Part shown: positions 50,101-64,000 of the stretch, one piece after another | How positions within the stretch are numbered: the first letter of the stretch is position 1 | Layout of the letters: every line of letters begins with the position of its first letter | DNA from: Squalus acanthias | Taxonomy: Eukaryota | Reading direction: 5' to 3' | Length of the DNA stretch: 64,000 nucleotides | NCBI GenBank assembly: GCA_030390025.1 | Contig: JASTWF010000349.1 | Coordinates: 1-64,000 of the forward strand | Notes under the pieces: model-generated | What the model was told of the DNA's origin: nothing | The model's database searches: none | The model's input: the letters and a program-made list of their open reading frames with translations, nothing else | Position numbers and translations under genes: made by a program

Positions 50101-53100
50101 ATACCCCACGATCGATGGTATTAAATACACCACGATCGACAATATTAAATACCCCTCGATCGACGGTATTAAATACACCGCGATCGACGGTGTTAAATAC
50201 CCCACGATCGACAGTGTTCAATACCCCACGATCGATGGTATTAAATACCCCACGATCGACAGTGTTCAATACCCCATGATCGACGGTATTAAATACACCG
50301 CGATCGACGGTATTAAATACACCACAATCGACGGTATTCAATACACCGCGATCGACGGTATTAAATACACCACGATCGACGGTATTAAATACACCACGAT
50401 CGACGGTATTAAATACACCACGATCGACAGTATCAAATACACCACGATCGACGGTATTAAATACACCACGATCGACAGTATTAAATACACCACGATCGAC
50501 AGTATTAAATACACCACGATCGACAGTATTAAATACTGCACAATCGACGGTATTCAATAACCCACGATCGACAGTATTAAATACACCACGATCGACAGTA
50601 TTAAATACACCACGATCGATGGTATTAAATACACCACGATCGACGGTATTAAATACACCAAGAGCGATAGTATTAAATACACCACGATCGACGGTATTAA
50701 ATACACCACGATCGACGGTATTAAATAGACCACGATCGACAGTATTAAATACCCCACGATCGACAGTATTAAATATCCCACGATCGACTGTATTAAATAT
50801 CCCACGATCGACAGTATTAAATACACCACGATCGACAGTATTCAATACACCACGATCGACAGTATTAAATACCCCACGATCGACTGTATTAAATATCCCA
50901 CGATCGACAGTATTAAATACACCACGATCGACAGTATTAAATACACCACGATCGATGGTATTAAATACACCACGATCGACGGTATTAAATACACCAAGAG
51001 CGATAGTATTAAATACACCACGATCGACGGTATTAAATACACCACGATCGACGGTATTAAATACCCCACGATCGACAGTATTAAATATCCCACGATCGAC
51101 AGTATTAAATACACCACGATCAATAGTATTAAATATCCCACGATCGACAGTATTAAATACACTGCGATTGACCGTATTCAATACCCCATGATCGACGGTA
51201 TTAAATACCCCACGATCGTTGGTATTAAATACACCGCGAACGACAGTCTTCAATAACCCACGATCGACAGTATTAAATACACCACGATCGACCGTATTAA
51301 ATAGACCACGATCGACAGTATTAAATAGACCACGATCGACCGTATTAAATAGACCACGATCGACCGTATTAAATAGACCACGATCGACGGTATTAAATAC
51401 ACCACGATCGACGGTATTCAATACCCCACGATCGACAGTATTAAATACACCACGATCGACCGTATTAAATACCCCACGATCGACGGTATTAAATACACCA
51501 CGATCGACAGTATTAAATATCCCACGATCGACAGTATTAAATACACCACGATCAATAGTATTAAATATCCCACGATCGACAGTATTAAATACACTGCGAT
51601 TGACCGTATTCAATACCCCATGATCGACGGTATTAAATACCCCACGATCGTTGGTATTAAATACACCGCGAACGACAGTCTTCAATAACCCACGATCGAC
51701 AGTATTAAATACACCACGATCGACCGTATTAAATAGACCACGATCGACAGTATTAAATAGACCACGATCGACCGTATTAAATAGACCACGATCGACCGTA
51801 TTAAATAGACCACGATCGACGGTATTAAATACACCACGATCGACGGTATTCAATACCCCACGATCGACAGTATTAAATACACCACGATCGACCGTATTAA
51901 ATACCCCACGATCGACGGTATTAAATACACCACGATCGACAGTATTAAATACCCCCCGATCGACAGTATTAAATATCCCACGATCGACGGTATTCAATAC
52001 ACCACGATCGACAGTATTCAATACACCATGATCGACAGTATTCAATACACCACGATCGACGGTATTCAATATCCCACGATCGACGGTATTAAATACACCA
52101 CGATCGACAGTATTAAATACACCACGATCGACGGTGTTAAATACACCACGATCGACAGTATTAAATACCCCACGATCGACAGTATTAAAGACCCCACGAT
52201 CGACGGTATTAAATACCCCACGATCGACGGTATTAAATACCCCACGATCGACGGTACTAAATACACCACGATCGACGGTATTAAATACACCACGATCGAC
52301 GGTATTAAATACACCACGATCGACAGTATTAAATATCCCACGATCGACGGTATTAAATACCCCACGATCGACGGTATTAAATACCCCACGATCGACGGTA
52401 TTAAATACACCGCGAACGACAGTATTCAATACCCCACGATCGACAGTATTAAATACACCACAATCGACAGTATTCAATACACCACGATCGACAGTATTCA
52501 ATACCCCACATTCGACAGTATGAAATATCCCACGATCGACGGTATTCAATACACCATGATCGACAGTATTAAATACCCGACGATCGACAGTATTAAATAT
52601 CCCACGATCGACAGTATTAAATATCCCACGATCGACAGTATTAAATACACCACGATCGACAGTATTAAATACACCACGATCGACGGTATTAAATACACCG
52701 CGATCGACAATATTCAATACCCCACGATCGACGGTATTAAATACCCCACGATCGACAGTATTAAATATCCCACGATCGACAGTATTAAATATCCCACGAT
52801 CGACAGTATTAAATATCCCACGATCGACAGTATTAAATACACCACGATCGACAGTATTAAATACACCACGATCGACGGTATTAAATACACCACGATCGAC
52901 AGTATTAAATACACCATGATCGACGGTATTAAATATCCCACGATCGACAATATTCAATACCCCACGATCGACGGTATTAAATACCCCACGATCGACCGTA
53001 TTAAATACCCCACGATCGACGGTATTAAATACACCACGATCGACGGTATTAAATACGCCACGATCGACAGTATTAAAAACCCCACGATTGACGGTATTAA

Positions 53101-56100
53101 ATACCCCACGATCAACGGTATTAAATACACCGCGATCGACAGTATTTCATACCCCACGATCGACAGTATTAAATACCCCACGATCGACGATATTCAATAT
53201 CCCACGATCGACGATATTCAATATCCCACGATCGACGATATTCAATACCCCACGATCGACGGTATTAAATACCCCACGATCGACAGTATTAAATATCCCA
53301 CGATCGACAGTATTAAATATCCCACGATCGACAGTATTAAATATCCCACGATCGACAGTATTAAATACACCACGATCGACAGTATTAAATACACCACGAT
53401 CGACGGTATTAAATACACCACGATCGACAGTATTAAATACACCATGATCGACGGTATTAAATATCCCACGATCGACAATATTCAATACCCCACGATCGAC
53501 GGTATTAAATACCCCACGATCGACCGTATTAAATACCCCACGATCGACGGTATTAAATACACCACGATCGACGGTATTAAATACGCCACGATCGACAGTA
53601 TTAAAAACCCCACGATCGACGGTATTAAATACCCCACGATCAACGGTATTAAATACACCGCGATCGACAGTATTTCATACCCCACGATCGACAGTATTAA
53701 ATACCCCACGATCGACGATATTCAATATCCCACGATCGACGATATTCGATATCCCACGATCGACGATATTCAATACCCCACGATCGACGGTATTAAATAC
53801 ACCACGATCGACGGTATTCAATACACTGCGATCGACAGTGTTCAATACCCCACGATCGACGGTGTTAAATACCCCACGATTGACGGTATTAAATACACCG
53901 CGATCGACGGTGTTAAATACACCGCGATCGACGGTGTTAAATACACCGCGGTCGACGGTATTAAATAAACCGTGATCGACGGTATCAAATGCACCGTGAT
54001 CGACGGTATTAAATACACCACGATCGACGGTATTAAATACACCACGATCGACAGTATTCAATACACCACGATAGACGGTATTAAATACCCCGCGATCGAC
54101 AGTATTTAATACCCCGCGATCGACAGTATTAAATACACCACGATCGACAGTATTAAATACCCCACGATCGACAGTATTAAATACACCACGATCGACGGTA
54201 TTAAATACGCCACGATCAACAGTATTAAATATCCCACGATCGACGGTATTAAATACACCACGATCGACGGTATTAAATACCCCACGATCAACAGTATTAA
54301 ATATCCCACGATCGACGGTATTAAATACACCAGGATCGACGGTATTAAATACCCCACAATCGACGGTGTTAAATACACCGCGATCGACGGTGTTAAATAC
54401 ACCGCGATCGACGGTATTAAATACACCACGATCGACAATATTAAATACACCGCGATCGACGGTGTTAAATACACCGCGATCGACGGTGTTAAATACACCG
54501 CGATCGACGGTGTTAAATACACCGCGGTCGACGGTATTAAATACACCACGATAGACAGTATTTAATACCCCGCGATCGACAGTATTTAATACCCCGCGAT
54601 CGACAGTATTAAATACACCGCGATCGACAGTATTAAATACCCCACGATCGACAGTATTAAATACACCGCGATCGACAGTATTAAATACCCCACGATCGAC
54701 CGTATTAAATATCCCACGATCGACAGTATTAAATACACCACGATCGACGGTATTAAATATCCCACGATCGACGATATTCAATACCCCACGATCGACGGTA
54801 TTAAATACACCACGATCGACGGTATTCAATACACTGCGATCGACAGTGTTCAATACCCCACGATCGACGGTGTTAAATACCCCACGATCGACGGTGTTAA
54901 ATACACCGCGATCGACAGTGTTCAATACCCCACGATCGACAGTGTTAAATACCCCACGATCGACGGTGTTAAATACCCCACGATCGACGGTATTAAATAC
55001 ACCACGATCGACGGTATTAAATGCACCGCGATCGACGGTGTTAAATACACCGCGATCGACGGTGTTAAATACACCGCGATCGACGGTATTAAATAAACCG
55101 TGATCGACGGTATTAAATACACCACGATCGACGGTATTCAATACACCACGATCGACAGTATTCAATACACCACGATAGACAGTATTAAATACCCCGCGAT
55201 CGACAGTATTTAATACCCCGCGATCGACAGTATTAAATACCCCGCGATCGACAGTATTAAATACCCCACGATCGACAGTATTAAATACACCGCGATCGAC
55301 AGTATTAAATACCCCACGATCGACCGTATTAAATATCCCACGATCGACGGTATTAAATATCCCACGATCGACAGTATTAAATACCCCACGATCGACCGTA
55401 TTAAATATCCCACGATCGACAGTATTAAATACCCCACGATCGACAGTATTAAATACACCGCGATCGACAGTATTAAATACGCCACGATCAACAGTATTAA
55501 ATATCCCACGATCGACGGTATTAAATATCCCACGATCGACGGTATTAAATACCCCACAATCGACGGCATTAAATACACCGCTATCGACAGTATTCAATAC
55601 CCCACGATCGACAGTATTTAATACACCACGATCGACAGTATTCAATACACCGCGATCGACAGTATTAAACACCCCACGATCGACAGTATTAAATACACCA
55701 CGATCGACGGTATTAAATACCCCACAATCGACGGTATTAAATACACCACGATCAACAGTATTAAATGTCCCACGATCGACGGTATTAAATACACTGCGAT
55801 TGACAGTATTCAATACCCCATGATCGACAGTATTAAATACCCCACGAACGACAGTATTAAATACACCGCGATCGACAGTACTAAATACACCACAATCGAC
55901 AGTATTAAATACCCCACGATCGACAGTATTAAATACCCCACGATCGACGATATTCAATATCCCACGATCGACGATATTCAATACCCCGCGATTAAATACC
56001 CCACGATCGACGATATTAAATATCCCACGATCGACGATATTCAATACCCCACGATCGACGGTGTTAAATACCCCACGATTGACGGTATTAAATACACCAC

Positions 56101-59100
56101 GATCGACGGTATTAAATACACCGCGATCGACGGTGTTAAATACACCGCGATCGACGGTGTTAAATACACCGCGATCGACGGTGTTAAATACACCGCGGTC
56201 GACGGTATTAAATACACCACGATCAACAGTATTAAATATCCCACGATCGACGGTATTAAATATCCCACGATCGACGGTATTTAATACGCCACGATCAACA
56301 GTATTAAATATCCCACATTCGACGGTATTAAATATCCCACGATCGACGGTATTAAATACACCACGATCGACGGTATTAAATACGCCACGATCAACAGTAT
56401 TAAATATCCCACGATCGACAGTATTAAATATCCCACGATCGACGTATTAAATATCCCACGATCGACAGTATTAAATACACCACGATCGACGGTATTAAAT
56501 ACGCCACGATCAACAGTATTAAATATCCCACGATCGACGGTATTAAATACCCCACAATAAACGGTGTTAAATACACCGCGGTCGACGGTGTTAAATACAC
56601 CGCGATCGACGGTATTAAATACACCACGATCGACAATATTAAATACACCGCGATCGACGGTGTTAAATACACCACGATCGACAGTATTAAATACCCCACG
56701 ATCGACAGTATTAAATACCCCACGATCGACGATATTCAATATCCCACGATCGACGATATTCAATACCCCGCGATTAAATACCCCACGATCGACGATATTA
56801 AATATCCCACGATCGACGATATTCAATACCCCACGATCGACGGTGTTAAATACCCCACGATTGACGGTATTAAATACACCACGATCGACGGTATTAAATA
56901 CACCGCGATCGACGGTGTTAAATACACCGCGATCGACGGTGTTAAATACACCGCGATCGACGGTGTTAAATACACCGCGGTCGACGGTATTAAATACACC
57001 ACGATCGACGGTATTAAATACGCCACGATCAACAGTATTAAATATCCCACGATCGACGGTATTAAATATCCCACGATCGACGGTATTAAATACCCCACAA
57101 TCGACGGTATTTAATACGCCACGATCAACAGTATTAAATATCCCACGATCGACGGTATTAAATATCCCACGATCTACGGTATTAAATACACCACGATCGA
57201 CGGTATTAAATACGCCACGATCAACAGTATTAAATATCCCACGATCGACAGTATTAAATATCCCACGATCGACCGTATTAAATATCCCACGATCGACAGT
57301 ATTAAATACCCCACGATCAACAGTATTACATATCCCACGATCGACGGTATTAAATACCCCACAATAAACGGTGTTAAATACACCGCGATCGACGGTGTTA
57401 AATACACCGCGATCGACGGTATTAAATACACCACGATCGACAATATTAAACACACCGCGATCGACGGTGTTAAATACACCACGATCGACAGTATTAAATA
57501 CCCCACGATCGACCGTATTAAATATCCCACGATCGACAGTATTAAATACACCACGATCGACGGTATTAAATACGCCACGATCAACAGTATTAAATATCCC
57601 ACGATCGACGGTATTAAATATCCCACGATCGACGGTATTAAATACACCACGATCAACGGTATTAAATACCCCACAATCGACGGCATTAAATACATCGCTA
57701 TCGACAGTATTCAATACCCCACGATCGACAGTTTTAAATACCCCACGATCGACCATATTAAATATCCCACGATCGACAGTATTAAATATCCCACGATCGA
57801 CAGTATTAAATACACCACGATCGACGGTATTAAATACGCCACGATCAACAGTATTAAATATCCCACGATCGACGGTATTAAATATCCCACGATCGACGGT
57901 ATTAAATACACCACGATCAACGGTATTAAATACCCCACAATCGACGGCATTAAATACATCGCTATCGACAGTATTCAATACCCCACGATCGACAGTTTTA
58001 AATACCCCACGATCGACCATATTAAATATCCCACGATCGACAGTATTAAATACACCACGATCGACGGTATTAAATACGCCACGATCAACAGTATTAAATA
58101 TCCCACGATCGACGGTATTAAATACACCACGATCGACGGTATTAAATACCCCACAATCGACGGTGTTAAATACACCACGATCGACAATATTAAATACACC
58201 GCGATCGACGGTGTTAAATACACCGCGGTCGACGGTATTAAATACCCCACGATCGACGGTGTTAAATACCCCACGATCGACGGGGTTAAATACCCCACGA
58301 TCGACGGGGTTAAATACCCCACGATCGACGGTGTTAAATACCCCACGATAGACGGTATTAAATGCACCGCGATCGACGGTGTTAAATACACCGCGATCGA
58401 CGGTGTTAAATACACCGCGATCGACGGTGTTAAATACACCGCGATCGACGGTGTTAAATACACCGCGATCGACGGTGTTAAATACACCGCGATCGACGGT
58501 GTTAAATACACCGCGATCGACGGTGTTAAATACACCGCGATCGACGGTGTTAAATACACCGCGATCGACGGTGTTAAATACACCGCGATCGACAATATTA
58601 AATACACCGCGATCGACGGTCTTAAATACCCCACGATCGACGGTATTAAATACACCACGATCGACGGTATTAAATACCCCACGATCGACGGTATTAAATA
58701 CACCGCGATCGACAGTATTCAATACCCCACGAACGACAGTATTCAATAACCCACGATCGACGGTATTAAATACACCACGATCGACGGTATTAAATACACC
58801 ACGATCGACGGTATTAAATACCCCACGATCGACGGTATTAAATACACCGCGATCGACAGTATTCAATACCCCACGAACGACAGTATTCAATAACCCACGA
58901 TCGACGGTATTAAATACACCACGATCGATAGCATTCAATACCCCACGATCGACAGCATTAAATACCCCACGATCGACGGTGTTAAATACACCACGATCGA
59001 CAATATTAAATACACCGCGATCGACGGTGTTAAATACACCGCGATCGACGGTGTTAAATACACCACGATCGACAGTATTAAATACACCACGAACGACAGT

Positions 59101-62100
59101 ATTCAATAACCCACGATCGACGGTATTAAATACACCACGATCGACAGTATTAAATACACCACGATCGACAGTATTCAATACACCGCGATCGACAGTGTTC
59201 AATACCCCACGATCGACGGTGTTAAATACCCCACGATCGACGGTGTTAAATACACCGCGATCGACGGTGTTAAATACACCGCGATCGACGGTATTAAATA
59301 CACCGCGATCGACGGTGTTAAATACACCGCGATCGACGGTATTAAATACACCACGATCGACGGTATTAAATACACCACGATCGACGGTGTTAAATACCCC
59401 ATGATCGACAATATCAAATACACCGCTATCGACGGTATCAAATACACCGCTATCGACGGTATTAAATACACCACGATCGACGGTGTTAAATACACCGCGA
59501 TCGACGGTGTTAAATACACCACGATCGACGGTGTTAAATACACCGCGATCGACGGTATTAAATACACCACGATCGACGGTGCTAAATACACCGCGATCGA
59601 CGGTATTAAATACACCACGATCGACAGTATTAAATACACCGCGATCGACGGTGTTAAATACACCGCGATCGACGGTGTTAAATACCCCACGATCGACAGT
59701 ATTAAATACACCACGATCGACAGTGTTCAATACCCCACGATCGACGGTGTTAAATACCCCACGATCGACGGTATTAAATACCCCACGATCGACAGTATTC
59801 AATACACCACGATCGACGGTATTAAATACACCACGATCGACGGTGTTAAATACACCGCGATCGACGGTATTAAATACACCACGATCGACAATATTAAATA
59901 CACCGCGATCGACAGTGTTAAATACACCACGATCGACACTATTCAATACACCACGATCGACAGTGTTCAATACCCCACAATCGACGGTGTTAAATACCCC
60001 ATGATTGACGGTGTTAAATACACCGCGATCGACGGTATCAAATACACCGCGATCGACGGTATCAAATACACCGCGATCGACAGTGTTCAATACCCCACGA
60101 TCGACGGTGATCAATACCCCACGATCGACGGTGTTAAATACCCCATGATCGACAATATCAAATACACCGCTATCGACGGTATCAAATACACCGCTATCGA
60201 CGGTATTAAATACACCACGATCGACGGTGTTAAATACACCGCGATCGACGGTATTAAATACACCACGATCGACGGTGTTAAATACACCACGATCGACGGT
60301 GTTAAATACACCGCGATCGACGGTATTAAATACACCACGATCGACGGTGTTAAATACACCGCGATCGACGGTATTAAATACACCACGATCGACAGTATTA
60401 AATACACCGCGATCGACGGTGTTAAATACCCCACGATCGACAGTATTAAATACACCACGATCGACAGTGTTCAATACCCCACGATCGACGGTGTTAAATG
60501 CCCCACGATCGACGGTATTAAATACACCGCGATCGACGGTATTAAATACACCGCGAACGACGGTATTAAATACCCCACGATCGACGGTACTAAATACCCC
60601 ACGATCGACGGTATTAAATACACCACGATCGACAGTACTAAATACCCCACGATCGACGGGGTTAAATACCCCACGATCGACGGGGTTAAATACCCCACGA
60701 TCGACGGGGTTAAATACCCCACGATCGACGGTATTAAATACACCACGATCGACGGTATTAAATACACCGCGATCGACGGTGTTAAATACACCGCGATCGA
60801 CGGTGTTAAATACACCGCGATCGACGGTATTAAATACACCGCGATCGACGGTGTTAAATACACCGCTATCGACGGTGTTAAATACACCGCGATCGACGGT
60901 GTTAAATACACCGCGATCGACGGTGTTAAATACACCACGATCGACGGTATTAAATACACCACAATCGACGGTATTAAATACACCGCGATTGACAGTATTC
61001 AATACACCACGATCGACGGTATTAAATACACCACGATCGACCGTATTCAATACACCACGGTCGACCGTATTCAATACACCACGGTCGACCGTATTAAATA
61101 CACCACGGTCGACCGTCTTAAATACCCCACGATTGACGGTATTAAATACACCACGATCGAGGGTATTAAATACACCGCGATCGACAATATTAAATACATC
61201 GCGATCGACAGTGTTAAATACACCACGATCGACGGTATTAAATACACCGCGATCGACGGTGTTAAATACACCGCGATCGACGGTGTTAAATACACCGCGA
61301 TCGACGGTATTAAATACACCGCGATCGACGGTGTTAAATACACCGCTATCGACGGTGTTAAATACACCGCGATCGACGGTGTTAAATACACCGCGATCGA
61401 CGGTGTTAAATACACCGCGATCGACGGTGTTAAATACACCACGATCGACGGTATTAAATACACCACAATCGACGGTATTAAATACACCGCGATTGACAGT
61501 ATTCAATACACCACGATCGACGGTATTAAATACACCACGATCGACCGTATTCAATACACCACGGTCGTCCGTATTAAATACACCACGGTCGACCGTATTA
61601 AATACACCACGGTCGACCGTCTTAAATACCCCACGATTGACGGTATTAAATACACCACGATCGAGGGTATTAAATACCCCACGATCAACAGTATTAAATA
61701 CACCACGATCGACAGTGTTCAATACCCCACGATCGACGGTGCTAAATACCCCACGATCGACGGTATTAAATACCCCACGATCGACAGTATTCAATACACC
61801 ACGATCGACGGTATTAAATACACCACGATCGACAGTATTAAATACCCCACGATCGACAGTATTAAATATCCCACAATCGACAGCATTAAATACACCGCTA
61901 TCAACAGTATTCAATACCCCACGATCGACAGTATTCAATACCCCACGATTGACGGGTTTAAATACACACCGATCGACTGTATTAAATACACCACGATCGA
62001 CAGTATTCATTACCCCACGATCGACAGTATTAAATACCCCACGATCGACAGTATTAAATATACTGCGATCGACAGTATTCAATACCCCACGATCGACGGT

Positions 62101-64000
62101 ATTAATTACACCACGATCGACAGTATTAAATACACCACGATCGACAGTATTCAATACACCACGATCGACAGTGTTCAATACCCCGCGATCGACGGTGTTC
62201 AATACCCCACGATCGACGGTGTTAAATACCCCACGATCGACAGTGTTAAATGCCCCACGATCGACGGTATTAAATACACCGCGATCGACGGTATTAAATA
62301 CACCGCGAACGACAGTATTAAATACACCACGATCGACAGTACTAAATACCCCACGATCGACGGTATTAAATACACCACGATCGACGGTACTAAATACCCC
62401 ACGATCGACGGGGTTAAATACCCCACGATCGACGGGGTTAAATACCCCACGATCGACGGGGTTAAATACCCCACGATCGACGGGGTTAAATACCCCACGA
62501 TCGACGGGGTTAAATACCCCACGATCGACGGGGTTAAATACCCCACGATCGACGGGGTTAAATACCCCACGATCGACGGGGTTAAATACCCCACGATCGA
62601 CGGGGTTAAATACCCCGCGATCGACGGTATTAAATACACCGCGATCGACGGTATTAAATACACCGCGATCGACGGTGTTAAATACACCGCGATCGACGGT
62701 GTTAAATACACCGCGATCGACGGTATTAAATACACCGCGATCGACGGTGTTAAATACACCGCTATCGACGGTGTTAAATACACCGCGATCGACGGTGTTA
62801 AATACACCGCGATCGACGGTGTTAAATACACCGCGATCGACGGTGTTAAATACACCGCGATCGACGGTGTTAAATACACCGCGATCGACGGTGTTAAATA
62901 CACCTCGATCGACGGTGTTAAATACACCACGATCGACAGTATTCAATACACCACGGTCGACCGTATTAAATACACCACGGTCGACCGTATTAAATACACC
63001 ACGGTCGACCGTATTAAATACCCCACGATCGACGGTATTAAATACACCACGATCGAGGGTATTAAATACACCACGATCGACAATATTAAATACACCGCGA
63101 TCGACAGTGTTAAATACACCACGATCGACACTATTCAATACACCACGATCGACAGTGTTCAATACCCCACAATTGACGGTGTTAAATACCCCACGATCGA
63201 CGGTGTTAAATACACCGCGATCGACGGTATCAAATACACCGCGATCGACGGTATCAAATACACCGCGATCGACAGTGTTCAATACCCCACGATCGACGGT
63301 GTTCAATACCCCACGATCGACGGTGTTAAATACCCCATGATCGACAATATCAAATACACCGCTATCGACGGTATCAAATACACCGCTATCGACGGTGTTA
63401 AATACACCGCGATCGACGGTGTTAAATACACCGCGATCGACGGTATTAAATACACCGCGATCGACGGTATTAAATACACCGCGATCGACGGTGTTAAATA
63501 CACCACGATCGACGGTGTTAAATACACCGCGATCGACGGTATTAAATACACCACGATCGACGGTGTTAAATACACCGCGATCGACGGTATTAAATACACC
63601 ACGATCGACAGTATTAAATACACCGCGATCGACGGTGTTAAATACACCGCGATCGACGGTGTTAAATACCCCACGATCGACGGTATTAAATACACCACGA
63701 TCGACAGTGTTCAATACCCCACGATCGACGGTGTTAAATACCCCATGATCGACGGTATTAAATACCCCACGATCGACAGTATTCAATACACCACGATCGA
63801 CGGTATTAAATACACCACGATCGACAGTATTAAATACCGCACGATCGACAGTATTAAATATCCCACAATCGACGGCATTAAATACACCGCTATCAACAGT
63901 ATTCATTACCCCACGATCGACAGTATTCATTACCCCACGATCGACAGTATTAAATACCCCACGATCGACAGTATTAAATACACTGCGATCGACAGTATTC
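47135..64000. repeat. Intronic CpG-rich satellite, 24-bp unit ccacgatcgacrgtattaaatacm, ~700 copies, runs off window end
   Basis: Continuous array with a degenerate start from ~47100. It is the source of all ORFs from 46990 onward. Confidence 0.98.

Noticed and set aside
47087..63930. Giant ORFs of up to 2549 aa, such as (NTVDRGVF)n, as real protein genes
   Set aside because: They come from a 24-bp unit that is a multiple of 3. In the longest frame no consensus codon (aat act gtc gat cgt ggg gta ttt) is one substitution from a stop, so long ORFs are expected. There is no unique N- or C-terminal domain, and the array lies in an intron.
22022..64000. CRISPR-like arrays
   Set aside because: The units are head-to-tail with no unique spacers, there are no cas genes, and the context is a eukaryotic intron.

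Overview
This is eukaryotic (vertebrate) genomic DNA, most likely from a cartilaginous fish. That is an inference from the HE1-like V-SINE with a CR1 tail and the CR1, L2, Harbinger and Penelope remnants. The window holds seven internal coding exons (+ strand, 5855-47047) of a histidine acid phosphatase gene of the ACP2/ACP3(ACPP)/ACP4 family, with the RHGDRSP motif intact; the first exon and the HD-containing exon lie outside the window. One intron uses a GC donor. Most introns carry their own tandem repeat, including a ~24.8 kb 47/50-bp array with an internal ~9.4 kb duplication and a >16.8 kb CpG-rich, near-palindromic 24-bp array. These repeats explain almost all the long ORFs in the track. 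The first intron contains an apparently intact, very young Ty3/Gypsy element (identical 194-bp LTRs, 5-bp TSD, single 1318-aa ORF). It has no tRNA PBS; instead an 11-nt site complementary to its own LTR suggests self-priming, and its RT motif is YLDN. The same intron has a Penelope-type terminal remnant with a minimal hammerhead ribozyme. The intron at 12689-20824 holds a nested stack: a CR1 interrupted by a Harbinger derivative and by an internally deleted long-LTR element with a tRNA-Trp PBS, which itself contains a SINE. All calls were made by eye, with no database searches.
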